Notes under the pieces: model-generated
Told to the model about the DNA's origin: nothing
Databases searched by the model: none
Seen by the model: only the letters and a program-made list of their open reading frames with translations
Made by a program: the position numbers and the translations under genes
In this document: one piece after another, positions 37,874 through 47,376 of the stretch
Numbering within the stretch: the first letter of the stretch is position 1
Layout of the letters: each line of letters opens with the position of its first letter
Source of the DNA: Chthonomonadales bacterium
GTDB taxonomy: Bacteria; Armatimonadota; Chthonomonadetes; Chthonomonadales; CAJBBX01
DNA: 64,000 nt
Direction of reading: 5' to 3'
NCBI GenBank assembly: GCA_049967475.1
Contig: JBMFSQ010000003.1
Location: forward strand, 1-64,000

Positions 37874-39029
37874 ATGGGATTAGAGCGCTGCACTGTGCTT
37901 ATCCTCGGCGGCGGCGTCGGGGGGGATTGTGACGGCTACACGGCTACGAAAGCAGTTGGATCAGCGGCACCGGATTATTCTGGTGAACCGGGAGCCTGAA
38001 TTCGCGCTCGCCGCATCGTTCCTTTGGGTCGCTACAGGGAAGCGAAAGCCCCATCAGATCACCAAGTCCCTCGAGCTGCTCAAAAACAAGGGCATCGAGG
38101 TCGTTACGGGAGAGGTCGAGCGCATTAACGCCGCCCGAAAGGAAGCCGTAGTGTCCGGCCGTATTCTTCGCGGTGACTTCCTTGTCGTGTCTCTGGGGGC
38201 AGAATTCTGCCCGGAAGCGGTTCCCGGGCTTGGCGACGCGGGGCTCACGTTCTGCACGCTGGATGGTGCGTCGAGATTGCGGGAGGCAGTGGAGCGCATT
38301 CAGTCTGGGCGCGTACTCATCGTCACTGCGGATCCGGCATACAAATGTCCGGCAGCTCCATACGAGGCTGCCATGCTTCTTCACGACCTTTTCAGGCGTC
38401 GCGGCGTGCGGAACCGTATCCAAATCGAACTCCATGCCGCCGAAGCAGCTCCGATGGCGGTGGCTGGAGCAAACGTGTCCCGGGCAGTGCAAGAGATGGT
38501 GGAACGATGCGCCGTAACATACTTCCCCGAGCACAGGATCGCATCAGCGCACGCGGAACACGTTGAGTTCACTGATGGTGTCCGAAGAGACTTCGCCTTG
38601 CTGGTCTATGTGCCGCCCATCAGACCTCCCGACGCAGTGCGCCAGTCTGATCTGGCCGGTGACAGCGGTTGGGTTGATGTGGACCGGTACACTCTTGCTA
38701 CCAGGTTCCCCGATGTTTATGCTGTGGGAGGTGTTACGCTCATTCCCTTGGCGATGGGGAAGCCTCTGCCGCGGGCCGGCGTGTTTGCGCATGGGCAAGC
38801 CGAGGTTGTTGCCGCGAGGATTGCATCTACCGTCGCCGGCCGGAGCCAAGATGTGCGTTTTGAAGGCCGCGGCGGATGCTTTGTCGAAACGGGCGGGGGC
38901 CGCGCCGCATTCGGTGCAGGCAACTTCTACGCAGATCCGCATCCTACGGTTCGGATGCGCTCGCCCAGCCGCGTTTGGCACATAGGCAAGATCCTCCTGG
39001 AACGACAGATCCTCTCACAGTGGTTTTGA
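37874..39029 (+). pseudogene. Sulfide:quinone oxidoreductase-like flavoprotein, +1 frameshift in a G7 run
   Basis: ATG 37874 (AAGGAG RBS) gives MGLERCTVLILGGGVGG. G7 at 37919-37925 shifts it relative to IVTATRL...YKCPAAPYE...GGCFVETG. Confidence 0.82.
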
Positions 39030-39057
39030 CGCGGGCGACGGCGAAAGGGAAGGCACG

Positions 39058-40233
39058 ATGGCGACCGAGAGCAAACCCATTTATTTAGATTACAACGCTA
39101 CGACGCCCTTGCGCCCCGAAGTTCTGGAGGCGATGCTGCCCTACCTTCGGGAGTGTTTTGGGAACGCATCCAGCCTCCACGCCTACGGCAAACAGGCAAA
39201 GGCCGCCGTGGAACGCGCCCGCGAGCAGGTGGCCGACCTCATTGGTTGCGAACCTGCAGAAGTGATCTTCACATCCGGGGGCACTGAGGCGAACAACCTC
39301 GCCGTCCGCGGCGCGGCATGGGCTGCTGAGCAGCGGAGGCATATTGTAACCTCTGCTGTGGAGCATCCTTCCGTAAGCGAGCCCATCCGGTATTTAGAGC
39401 GTGTAGGGTTCGAGGTAACGAGGATCCCCGTAGACGAGACCGGAAGGATCAACCCGGCAGATGTGGCGCCGTTCCTGCGGGGCGACACGCTTCTGCTCAG
39501 CGTTATGCTGGCGCAGAACGAAACTGGGGCTCTCATGCCGGTACCTGAGCTTGCTGAGATGGCCCACGCCAGGGGTGCCCTAGTACATACCGACGCGGCA
39601 CAGGCAATTGGTAAGGTGCGCGTTCGTGTGAATGAACTAGGGGTGGACCTGTTGTCTGTCGCAGGCCACAAGTTGTATGGGCCCAAGGGTGTCGGCGCGC
39701 TCTTTGTGCGGCGCGGTGTGCGTATCGCGCCGGTCCTCGTGGGGGCGGGTCAAGAGCGCGGGTTGCGGCCCGGGACCGAAGCTGTGGCCCTCATCGTGGG
39801 TCTCGGAGAGGCATGCTCTCTGGCTGCACAGGATCTGGAGCAGGAGGCGGGCCGACTGCGGTCGCTTCGTGACGAACTCTTGATGCGCCTCAGGTCTGCT
39901 ATTCCCCAACTTCGCGTGATCAGTCCCCTGAAGCACTGTTTGCCCAATACGCTCAACGTGGCCTTCCCAGGCGTTGGGGGCAATGCCGTTCTCGATGCTG
40001 CGCCGGAGATTGCTGCATCCACAGGGTCTGCGTGCCATGCAGGGAGCGAGGCTCCGTCGCCGGTACTCACGGCGATGGGGCTTTCGCCTGCAGAAGCCCT
40101 GTCTGCTGTAAGGCTTTCTCTGGGACGCTTCACCACTCGGGATGAGGTACAACGCGCCGCAGATGGTTTGATCCGCGCGTACCGCACACTCGATCGCACC
40201 GATCCCAGTGCAGGGTATAAGTCCCGGGTCTGA
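39058..40233 (+). CDS. Cysteine desulfurase (IscS/NifS group I)
   Basis: IYLDYNATTP, FTSGGTEANN, DAAQAIGK, AGHKLYGPKG, STGSACH. Confidence 0.95.
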   Translation: MATESKPIYLDYNATTPLRPEVLEAMLPYLRECFGNASSLHAYGKQAKAAVERAREQVADLIGCEPAEVIFTSGGTEANNLAVRGAAWAAEQRRHIVTSAVEHPSVSEPIRYLERVGFEVTRIPVDETGRINPADVAPFLRGDTLLLSVMLAQNETGALMPVPELAEMAHARGALVHTDAAQAIGKVRVRVNELGVDLLSVAGHKLYGPKGVGALFVRRGVRIAPVLVGAGQERGLRPGTEAVALIVGLGEACSLAAQDLEQEAGRLRSLRDELLMRLRSAIPQLRVISPLKHCLPNTLNVAFPGVGGNAVLDAAPEIAASTGSACHAGSEAPSPVLTAMGLSPAEALSAVRLSLGRFTTRDEVQRAADGLIRAYRTLDRTDPSAGYKSRV

Positions 40234-40332
40234 CGCTGCGACAGGAGATCTCGGATCGGCCTGTTCCGCCGCCCTAGAGGGTGTGGCGGCATCTTTGCTG
40301 CCTCTCGGCATCCTCCGAACTGCTCGGCTTGG

Positions 40333-40827
40333 CTAGGGAGGCTGGTTCTGCTCGGCGCGCCGCTCCATATACCAACTGTCGTTGGGCGCTCGAAACGTCG
40401 CCTCTCCCGTGATGCGAAACCCGCAACGCAGATACAGTCGGAGCGCCCGTTCGTTGGACTTCACCACAGTGAGTGTCACAAGGGGGAGGTTGTCGGCATC
40501 CGCCAATGCCAAGAGCTGTTCCATTAACATCCGGCCATATCCGCGGCCGATATAGTCATCCCGCAGCCCAATGCCCAACGTAGGAGCCATACTGCGGATG
40601 TTTGCGATGAAGCCGTGACCCACGATTTCCCCTGTGTCCGTCACCAGCGCCAGGCTGAGGTGGATGCCGCGGGCTGCCTCGGCAAGATGGGCCTCCAGAG
40701 TGTCCCAGCTCACTGCGTCGAAGGGCAGAAAGACCTCCGTAACCGCGGGTGAGAGCGAGTGGTAGAATGAGAGCAACGGCGCTGCATCATCGGGTGTCAG
40801 CTCTACGATATGCAGTGGTTGGTTCAA
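40333..40827 (-). CDS. GNAT-family acetyltransferase
   Basis: YIGRGYGR acetyl-CoA motif, N.RALRLY.RCGF. Start uncertain (40827 or 40875). Confidence 0.85.
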   Translation of the reverse strand: MNQPLHIVELTPDDAAPLLSFYHSLSPAVTEVFLPFDAVSWDTLEAHLAEAARGIHLSLALVTDTGEIVGHGFIANIRSMAPTLGIGLRDDYIGRGYGRMLMEQLLALADADNLPLVTLTVVKSNERALRLYLRCGFRITGEATFRAPNDSWYMERRAEQNQPP

Positions 40828-40926
40828 CTGGCGGTTTTCCTGGCTGGGATGAACGGCGCGGCCGGCATGCCCCAATAGTTGCTATCGCTCAGATGCAGGC
40901 GTCGCCAGTGGCCTTGGGATCGAAGT

Positions 40927-41889
40927 ATGAAAAATGGCGGCATGAATGCAGGCGTCAACGGCGACACCGTAGCGGCGGCGCGCCTCTCCATCCTGTCGAA
41001 TACATTCTTGACGGTGCTCAAGCTGATCGTAGGGCTGACCTCCGGTTCGGTGAGCGTGCTTTCCGAGGCTGCCCATTCCGGGATGGACCTGGTGGCCTCT
41101 TGGATTGCCTATTTTTCGGTGCGGGTCTCGGCGCGTCCTGCCGACGACGAGCATCCGTATGGACACGGAAAGATCGAGAGCGTCTCCGGGATGACGGAGG
41201 CGCTGCTCATTTTCGCCGCGGCCGGATTCATCATCTTTGAGGCGGTACGGCGCATACTTGCGCACCAGCGGCCGCCTGAGGTGGGGGCAGGTCTCGTGGT
41301 GATGGGAATGTCCACACTCGTCAACGCTGCCGTGTCGGCCTACCTGTTTCGCGTTGCCCATCGGGCCGATTCCCTTGCTTTGAGGGCCGACGCCGAACAC
41401 TTGCGTACGGATGTTTACACGTCGCTGGGTGTGTTTGCCGGGCTGCTTCTTGTGCGGCTTACGCACGTCGGTGCCTTGGATGGTGTCGCGGCTATCTGTG
41501 TGGCATGCCTCATCATCGCGGCCGCCTGGAGGCTGAGCCGCAGCGCTCTCGAACCGCTTCTAGACACGCGTTTGCCGGCAGCGGATATTGCCGTTATCAA
41601 GGGCATTCTGGATCGCGACCCCCGTGTCATGGGGTACCACAAGCTCAGAACCCGGAAGTCCGGGGCCGCCCGCCACGTAGACGCCCACATCCTCGTGGAA
41701 GATCAGATGAGCTTGATGGAAGCTCACGAGCTCACGGAGCAGTTGGAGGACGAGGTGCGCCGGAGGCTACCCAATGCCGAAGTAACGCTCCATACAGAAC
41801 CCTACCAGGCCGAGCTACGCCATCAGTATGAGAAGCACGGAGGCCCCCTTCCCGACGAGGAGACCGACCCGCAGCGCCGGGAGGGCTAG
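40927..41889 (+). CDS. Cation diffusion facilitator (FieF-like)
   Basis: SEAAHSGMD, PADDEHPYGHGKIE, ADAEHLRTD, EAHELT, VTLHTEP. Confidence 0.94.
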   Translation: MKNGGMNAGVNGDTVAAARLSILSNTFLTVLKLIVGLTSGSVSVLSEAAHSGMDLVASWIAYFSVRVSARPADDEHPYGHGKIESVSGMTEALLIFAAAGFIIFEAVRRILAHQRPPEVGAGLVVMGMSTLVNAAVSAYLFRVAHRADSLALRADAEHLRTDVYTSLGVFAGLLLVRLTHVGALDGVAAICVACLIIAAAWRLSRSALEPLLDTRLPAADIAVIKGILDRDPRVMGYHKLRTRKSGAARHVDAHILVEDQMSLMEAHELTEQLEDEVRRRLPNAEVTLHTEPYQAELRHQYEKHGGPLPDEETDPQRREG

Positions 41890-43499
41890 TGGACGCTTCC
41901 GGATTGAGCTTGCGCAGCATCGAGGGCTTCGACTGCATCCTTGACTTGCCTAGAGGCCTCCAGCCGCATCACCGTTGCTTCTTCTTCATGGCTCGCGTCA
42001 CGGGCTTCCAGGCTCCGCAGAGAAAGATCCAGAGCCTGTGCGGTTAGGCTGGCGGCCTGGGCAAAGAGGCTCTTGACGCGAGCGTACCCAGCCGGCGCTT
42101 CCAACGCTTCGAGGAAGGACGAAAGGTCGGACGTCTGTTTGCGCAGTTGGGTTTCACCGGTGTAGACTTGCTCTCGGGTACGTTTGCCCGTAGCAAGATC
42201 CTGGCGGTCATTCTGCAGGTGATTGAGGATGCCGCCAAGGCCGTTGGCAGCGATGCGGCAGAGATCCGCATAATCGGTTGCTACGCCGTCGCTCTCATCC
42301 GGCTTAGCGTGCATCCGGACCATGTTGAACTCGGAGGCTGCGTCGGAATATCGGCCCAATTCCGCATACATACGGGCTAGCTTGCGATGAGGCAAGGGAT
42401 TGTTCGGATCACACGCGACGCCATCCTGGAGGGCTTTCACTGCTGCATCGGGTTGAGCCAATGCCCAGTACCCGTCCGCAAGCGCCACGTAATTGGCGGC
42501 ATCCTTCGGGTCGAGCTGTACTGCCATGCGGTATTGGGCTACAGCTTCCTCGTTGGCCCCGCGGGACAGCAAGCAATGCCCCAACATGCAACACAGCGGG
42601 GCGGATCCCGGCAGCAACGCTACGGCCCGGCGCGCCTCGTCAAGGGCGGCAGACTTCAATCCGGCGTCTAAGTAGGCTCGGATCAGTTGGCTGCGAAGCG
42701 ACGCATCCTTGGGTTTGGCGGTTACAGCCTTTCGAAGCGCCATGATGAGGTTCGGGAGATCCCCCTGGCGCCGGAAACGGTCAACCAGGATTTCCTCAGC
42801 GGACACGGAAGAAGCCGGCTGGGAGGGCTTTGCTGCGGTCATTTCCCTTGGGCGAGCGGGGAGTGTTCCCTGAGGCTCGGCCGTAAGGGCAGGAGGATGG
42901 GATTGCTGGGGCACCACCTGGCCCGTCTTCACGTCCACAGGCGGGCTCACCGGGATCGGGGTTTGGTTGTGGGTTATCTGCTGGACAATGAGGGCAGTTT
43001 GGGCATTGATGCCTTCCAGCAAGGAGGGCTTGGAACCCTTAGCACGGTACGGGGCCAGCTTCTGCACAAATACAACGGACCACTCCCGCTGGCCTACGAG
43101 GCGCTCCATCTGAGCCTCGGCGGCAACCCCTGCCTTCGTATAGGAGCCGGAGAGGGTGAGGACAAAATCAGCGCCGACGGCGCGGCCGATCTTGCGCCGT
43201 ATTGAAGGAGCAAAGGGCTCCGCCAAGTCGGCTGGGGTGAGTTCGCCGCGGCTGAGGGCCGCCTGGACTTGCGGGTCTTTTGGGCGGAAGATCTTGGGGG
43301 CGTACGAAGCGTCATCCTGAAGAGAACGCGCGACGAAGGGAGCGAAGTCCACGAATTCCCGGGCAGGTATCCCCTTTGCGGGGTAGGAAAAGATGAGCAC
43401 AGTCAGAGGGGCGGGGCGAGCGCCGCCGAGGTCACCTGTCAGCAAACAGGTGAGGCAGCCGAAAAGAACTCCAACCCCACGGAAACGCATCACTGGCAT
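41886..43499 (-). CDS. Exported TPR-repeat protein
   Basis: Signal peptide, alpha/beta N-domain, Pro-rich linker, several TPRs (A...P.....LG), helical C-terminus. Confidence 0.75.
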   Translation of the reverse strand: MPVMRFRGVGVLFGCLTCLLTGDLGGARPAPLTVLIFSYPAKGIPAREFVDFAPFVARSLQDDASYAPKIFRPKDPQVQAALSRGELTPADLAEPFAPSIRRKIGRAVGADFVLTLSGSYTKAGVAAEAQMERLVGQREWSVVFVQKLAPYRAKGSKPSLLEGINAQTALIVQQITHNQTPIPVSPPVDVKTGQVVPQQSHPPALTAEPQGTLPARPREMTAAKPSQPASSVSAEEILVDRFRRQGDLPNLIMALRKAVTAKPKDASLRSQLIRAYLDAGLKSAALDEARRAVALLPGSAPLCCMLGHCLLSRGANEEAVAQYRMAVQLDPKDAANYVALADGYWALAQPDAAVKALQDGVACDPNNPLPHRKLARMYAELGRYSDAASEFNMVRMHAKPDESDGVATDYADLCRIAANGLGGILNHLQNDRQDLATGKRTREQVYTGETQLRKQTSDLSSFLEALEAPAGYARVKSLFAQAASLTAQALDLSLRSLEARDASHEEEATVMRLEASRQVKDAVEALDAAQAQSGSVH

Positions 43500-44866
43500 G
43501 CCTTGATGCCCTCCTCGCACGCCTTGATGCCGCGATTGGCCGCGTCCACATTCTTTCCGGCTGCCAGGAGACGCTTGTAATCTGCGATGGCGTCGTTGTA
43601 GTGCGCCACAGCGCTCTCATTCTGGCCCAAGCGCTGGTAGCAGAGGCCGATGAGCTGGTGCAGATACGCCGATCGGTCTCCCGAATGATCCAGGGCTTTC
43701 AGGTACTCCACCACGGCTGCGCGGTAATCCCCCCGCTTCTGTGCTTCCAAGGCAGCCGCTTCGTGGACTTGTGAGGCCATGGTGGATCCACTGCTGGTTC
43801 CGCTCGCCGCGCGGCCGCCGCTGGGAGCGACTACAATCTGGATGCGGCCTGGGTTCGGAGGAGGCGGCTGTGGTGAAGCCGCAGGATTGGCCGGTTGCGG
43901 GTTGGAGGTCGTCTGCTGACTGGATGTGTCAACATCGGGTAGGTGAACGGTGTTGCTGTTCTGGACGGAAGAGGCGTCCCGCCGAGTACCGGAGGCCGGT
44001 GGCGGCTGCACGGGAGCCGGAGCAAGCAGTTCGGTGCTGCTGGGGCGCGCGACGGGTTGCTGGGAAGCAGAAGACTGAGGCGCCATCGTGGAAACCCCGG
44101 GTGCCATGCCGTACGTCTGCGGATAGCCGAAGGGAGTTGCGCTGGGCGGCGTCACAGGTTGGGGTGTGGCACTCTGAGCCGGGGAAGGCGTCATTGGCGG
44201 GGAAACGCCTGGCGCCTGCGCGGTGGACATTGCCGGCGCGGCGGGCTTTGGCCCTTTCTGGTAGTTGCGGTACCAGACGGCAAGCCCGCCCACCAGGAAC
44301 ACCAGGAAGAAGACCGTAATGGCATAGATCGCGGCAGCGGCAGGGTTCTCGGTAAGGACAGGAGCAGCAATGCGGCGCGACCAGTTGATTTTGGGCGGAG
44401 GCGCACTGGCCGAGCCTTCGCGGAGTTCATCCAGCTTGGCACGGTCTGCGATGCTTCCCGGGTTCAGCTCAAGCACTTTGGTGAATTCCTGGATGGCCAG
44501 ATCGCGTTCTCCACGCTGCTCGTACAGAACGCCTAACAACGAATGGGCGCTGGAGCTGTTGGGATTGAGCTTGAGCACCTGCAGACAGAGCGCAACAGCC
44601 GCATCGGTATCGCCTGCGGCGTGCTTGCGGAATGCCTGGGCCAACAGGGCGCTGATTTCCTCGTCTACGATTTCTGGCGGAGTTGATACGGTCCCCTCGG
44701 GGAGCGGAGGAGATGCCGGGAGCCTCTGGCCGCACTGCATGCAGAAGCGCGCCCCGCGCAGATTGCGCACGCCGCAATGCGGGCAAAAGAGGCCGTCGGT
44801 TTCCCCCGGCGAGGAAGCCGCGGAGTGATCCGGCCCAATACGCGGTTGTTCGGGTTGGTGTTCCAT
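43490..44866 (-). CDS. Bitopic membrane protein: zinc ribbon + TPR / TM / Pro-rich linker + TPR
   Basis: CPHCG..N..GARFCMQCG, TPRs (LNPNSSSAHSLLG), TM AIYAITVFFLVFLVGGLAVWY, long P/S/Q linker, C-terminal TPRs. Confidence 0.8.
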   Translation of the reverse strand: MEHQPEQPRIGPDHSAASSPGETDGLFCPHCGVRNLRGARFCMQCGQRLPASPPLPEGTVSTPPEIVDEEISALLAQAFRKHAAGDTDAAVALCLQVLKLNPNSSSAHSLLGVLYEQRGERDLAIQEFTKVLELNPGSIADRAKLDELREGSASAPPPKINWSRRIAAPVLTENPAAAAIYAITVFFLVFLVGGLAVWYRNYQKGPKPAAPAMSTAQAPGVSPPMTPSPAQSATPQPVTPPSATPFGYPQTYGMAPGVSTMAPQSSASQQPVARPSSTELLAPAPVQPPPASGTRRDASSVQNSNTVHLPDVDTSSQQTTSNPQPANPAASPQPPPPNPGRIQIVVAPSGGRAASGTSSGSTMASQVHEAAALEAQKRGDYRAAVVEYLKALDHSGDRSAYLHQLIGLCYQRLGQNESAVAHYNDAIADYKRLLAAGKNVDAANRGIKACEEGIKACQ

Positions 44867-44942
44867 TGGGAATACGCCCAGCAGCAGGTCGGAGAGCCCG
44901 ACTATGGGCAGTGCGGCCGATCGCCGGCCTAGGATGCTTCCT

Positions 44943-44971
44943 ATTCTAACCGCTCGCGCCGGATAAAGCAA
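44943..44971 (-). promoter_or_regulatory. sigma70-type promoter of the TPR gene pair
   Basis: Minus strand TTGCTT-N17-TAGAAT. Confidence 0.55.
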
Positions 44972-45103
44972 GGGCTGGGCCTTGGCAACGGGAAAACCTC
45001 TCTGCGGTGCAATCGGCGGTGCGAGCCTGCAGCGTTACCCCGCTCCTTCTATGGTGCCGACGCGCGGTCCGCATGCTAGGGCTGGACGAACCTTGGTGGC
45101 AGT

Positions 45104-47347
45104 TCACTTCGCAGGCCCGTCTATGCTCCGAGGGGCGCGGACACGTCCGGAGGGTGGGGCGCCCACGATCAAATCGGCTTCTCCTAGCCGTCGCAAATCA
45201 TCGAGCGCGGCGGAGTAGAGGTGCAGGATGTCCTGAGTTGGGGGCGTGTCGTCCATGCCGACGTTGCCCAGGAGACCCAGGCGCACGGAAGGCGGCAAAT
45301 CTGCTTGAAGACGTGAGTTGTAGAAGAAGCACCCGGCGATGAGCACGGTGGCTTCCGATGGACCCGTCGCCACCACACGGGGCGTTTTCGGTTCGACGTA
45401 GAACTCGTTCTGGCCGTAGTAGATCCCCCCGCAGTAGCCGCGCAATTCGATTACCGGCTGTTGGGTTACAAGATGCGTCTTGGGTCCCTGGATCGTCACT
45501 CGCCCTGCCGGAAGGCGCGCGTCCCCCTCGAGCAGAAGGTGGCTTTCGGATTGCTCGTCATAGAAGTCACTCATTACTAGGGAAGCGTTGTCGTGCACAT
45601 GAAGCGTGGGCCCCGCCAGGGTGTCCAGACGCGTAAGGAAGCCGATGAGGCCTCGGGAGTTTGCATGTCCGCCGGATACGGTCACGGTTCCTTCGTAGCT
45701 TGTGCGGAAGAGGAGTGTGGCATCGCTGCAATCCTCGATGCGCAGATTGCCCTGGACGTGCCGCGCATCCACAACAGCGCCTTCGGGGAGGCGAAGAAAG
45801 CGGATACCGTGCGTGTCGGGTGCCTTTTGGTACAGGCCATAGGCGTAGACCTCATCCAACACTAAGGAGCACGGCCTGCCGGGGCGCGCCGTAATTCGGA
45901 TGTCGTCGCCATGCGTCATTCTGCCGTAATCGGGATGCCCTACAGCCACGTGTTCGATCGTCAGGTTGCGCGGGTCGGCCACCTCCAACATCGGCGCCCC
46001 GGCCGATCCGCGCCACACTAGCCCGCTTCGAAGTCCTCCACCTCCGAATGTGTAATCCCTTCCGGTGATCCGCAGCGTTTTGGTCACGACGTACGTCCCC
46101 GCCGGCAGATATGCCAGGGCGGCGTGGCCGGCTTTGCGGGCTGCGGCGAGAGCGTTCTGGATAGCCTGCGTGTCGTCCGTCCTGCCGTCCCCTTTCGCTC
46201 CGAAGTCGCGCATGGCATCGAACACCCGCGACGCCGTTCGCGCGGCAGATACGAGGAAGCTCTGGCGTGCAGAAGTGAGCGCACCCCTGCGTCTGCCCGC
46301 GGGTATTGAGAGAATGCGGGTGCCTGGTGGCGCATCTACGAGGCGGTCAGCAGCCAGGGGTTCGTTGTTGCTTACGGTCAGCCGCTGCTCGGCCCTGACC
46401 ATGTGGATCGGAGGGCGGGCGGACGGCGGTTGAGAGAAGACGCAATCGAACACCAACGCCGTGCTTCCGTTGAGCACGACCGCGCCATCGGGGTCTTTCC
46501 ACGCGGCAACGCGGCAGTCCTGAACTGTAAGCGGCGCGATGGTCCCTCGTTGCACGATGAAGCGGCGCGAGCCGTAGGAGGTGCACCGGCGCACGGAGTC
46601 TCCGTGTTCGCTTTGCGTGGAGATGTCGGCGTCGGCGCTCTCCTCGAAGTGGCAATTGCGCACGTAGAAATTGGCGTGTTGATCGTAGATGCCGGTGCGG
46701 CACTTGCGAAACTCACAGCGGTCGAATGTATTGTCGTAGTCATTGAAGTCGAGCATGCCTACGGCGATGTCGCAGTCTTCGAAGAGGCAATTGTAGTAAT
46801 AGATCTCGGCGCTCGCCAGTCGCTGCCGATGCCCGATGCGAATGCCATATCCGGTGAAATGCCGAAACGCCTCATGCTCGTGGGTGATTTCGGTTTCGAA
46901 CCTCAGCTCCGAGGCATGGTCGAAGCCTACGGCGGCGCGGTGTCTTCCATCCCACGAGATGCCGACGAACCGCGAGTATGCTGCGCCGTTGCACCGGAAC
47001 ATCGTGCCGCCCGCAGGGCCGTCCCACAGGATGGTGGTGTCGCGCCCATGCCCCACGAGTAGGAAGCCTACCCGCGGTCCCTTCAATTCCAGGGTGCGCG
47101 TGATGCGATAGACGCCTGGCGGCAAGTAAACGGCGCGCCCGTCGCCGGGTTGGTCGAGAGCTCGCTGGATGGCGCTTGTGTCATCCGCTCGACCGTCGCC
47201 GGCGGCCTTCACCGACACGCCGGTTCGTACGTTGATCCAGTCCGAGCGCTGCTGCCAGTTCAGGGCAGGGATCTGGGGCGCGGCTGCGGGTGCGGAAGCC
47301 GCGAGAAAAACGAAGAGAGCTGTAAGGCCGGCATCGCTCCAATTCAT
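45104..47347 (-). CDS. Secreted protein with two right-handed beta-helix (Pectate_lyase_3 / GH55-like) domains
   Basis: Two copies of GDG..DDT.AIQ.AL...YLP.G.Y.....L. Signal peptide after MNWSD. Confidence 0.82.
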   Translation of the reverse strand: MNWSDAGLTALFVFLAASAPAAAPQIPALNWQQRSDWINVRTGVSVKAAGDGRADDTSAIQRALDQPGDGRAVYLPPGVYRITRTLELKGPRVGFLLVGHGRDTTILWDGPAGGTMFRCNGAAYSRFVGISWDGRHRAAVGFDHASELRFETEITHEHEAFRHFTGYGIRIGHRQRLASAEIYYYNCLFEDCDIAVGMLDFNDYDNTFDRCEFRKCRTGIYDQHANFYVRNCHFEESADADISTQSEHGDSVRRCTSYGSRRFIVQRGTIAPLTVQDCRVAAWKDPDGAVVLNGSTALVFDCVFSQPPSARPPIHMVRAEQRLTVSNNEPLAADRLVDAPPGTRILSIPAGRRRGALTSARQSFLVSAARTASRVFDAMRDFGAKGDGRTDDTQAIQNALAAARKAGHAALAYLPAGTYVVTKTLRITGRDYTFGGGGLRSGLVWRGSAGAPMLEVADPRNLTIEHVAVGHPDYGRMTHGDDIRITARPGRPCSLVLDEVYAYGLYQKAPDTHGIRFLRLPEGAVVDARHVQGNLRIEDCSDATLLFRTSYEGTVTVSGGHANSRGLIGFLTRLDTLAGPTLHVHDNASLVMSDFYDEQSESHLLLEGDARLPAGRVTIQGPKTHLVTQQPVIELRGYCGGIYYGQNEFYVEPKTPRVVATGPSEATVLIAGCFFYNSRLQADLPPSVRLGLLGNVGMDDTPPTQDILHLYSAALDDLRRLGEADLIVGAPPSGRVRAPRSIDGPAK

Positions 47348-47376
47348 CGGACGACCTCCTGTAGGCAGAGGCATTG

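Noticed and set aside
34159..40233. Alternative genetic code (UGA=Trp) in the NO/sulfur block
   Set aside because: qNOR, ArsR-rhodanese, DsrE, the SQR-like gene and the desulfurase all end in TGA at the expected C-termini, and Trp is otherwise encoded by TGG.
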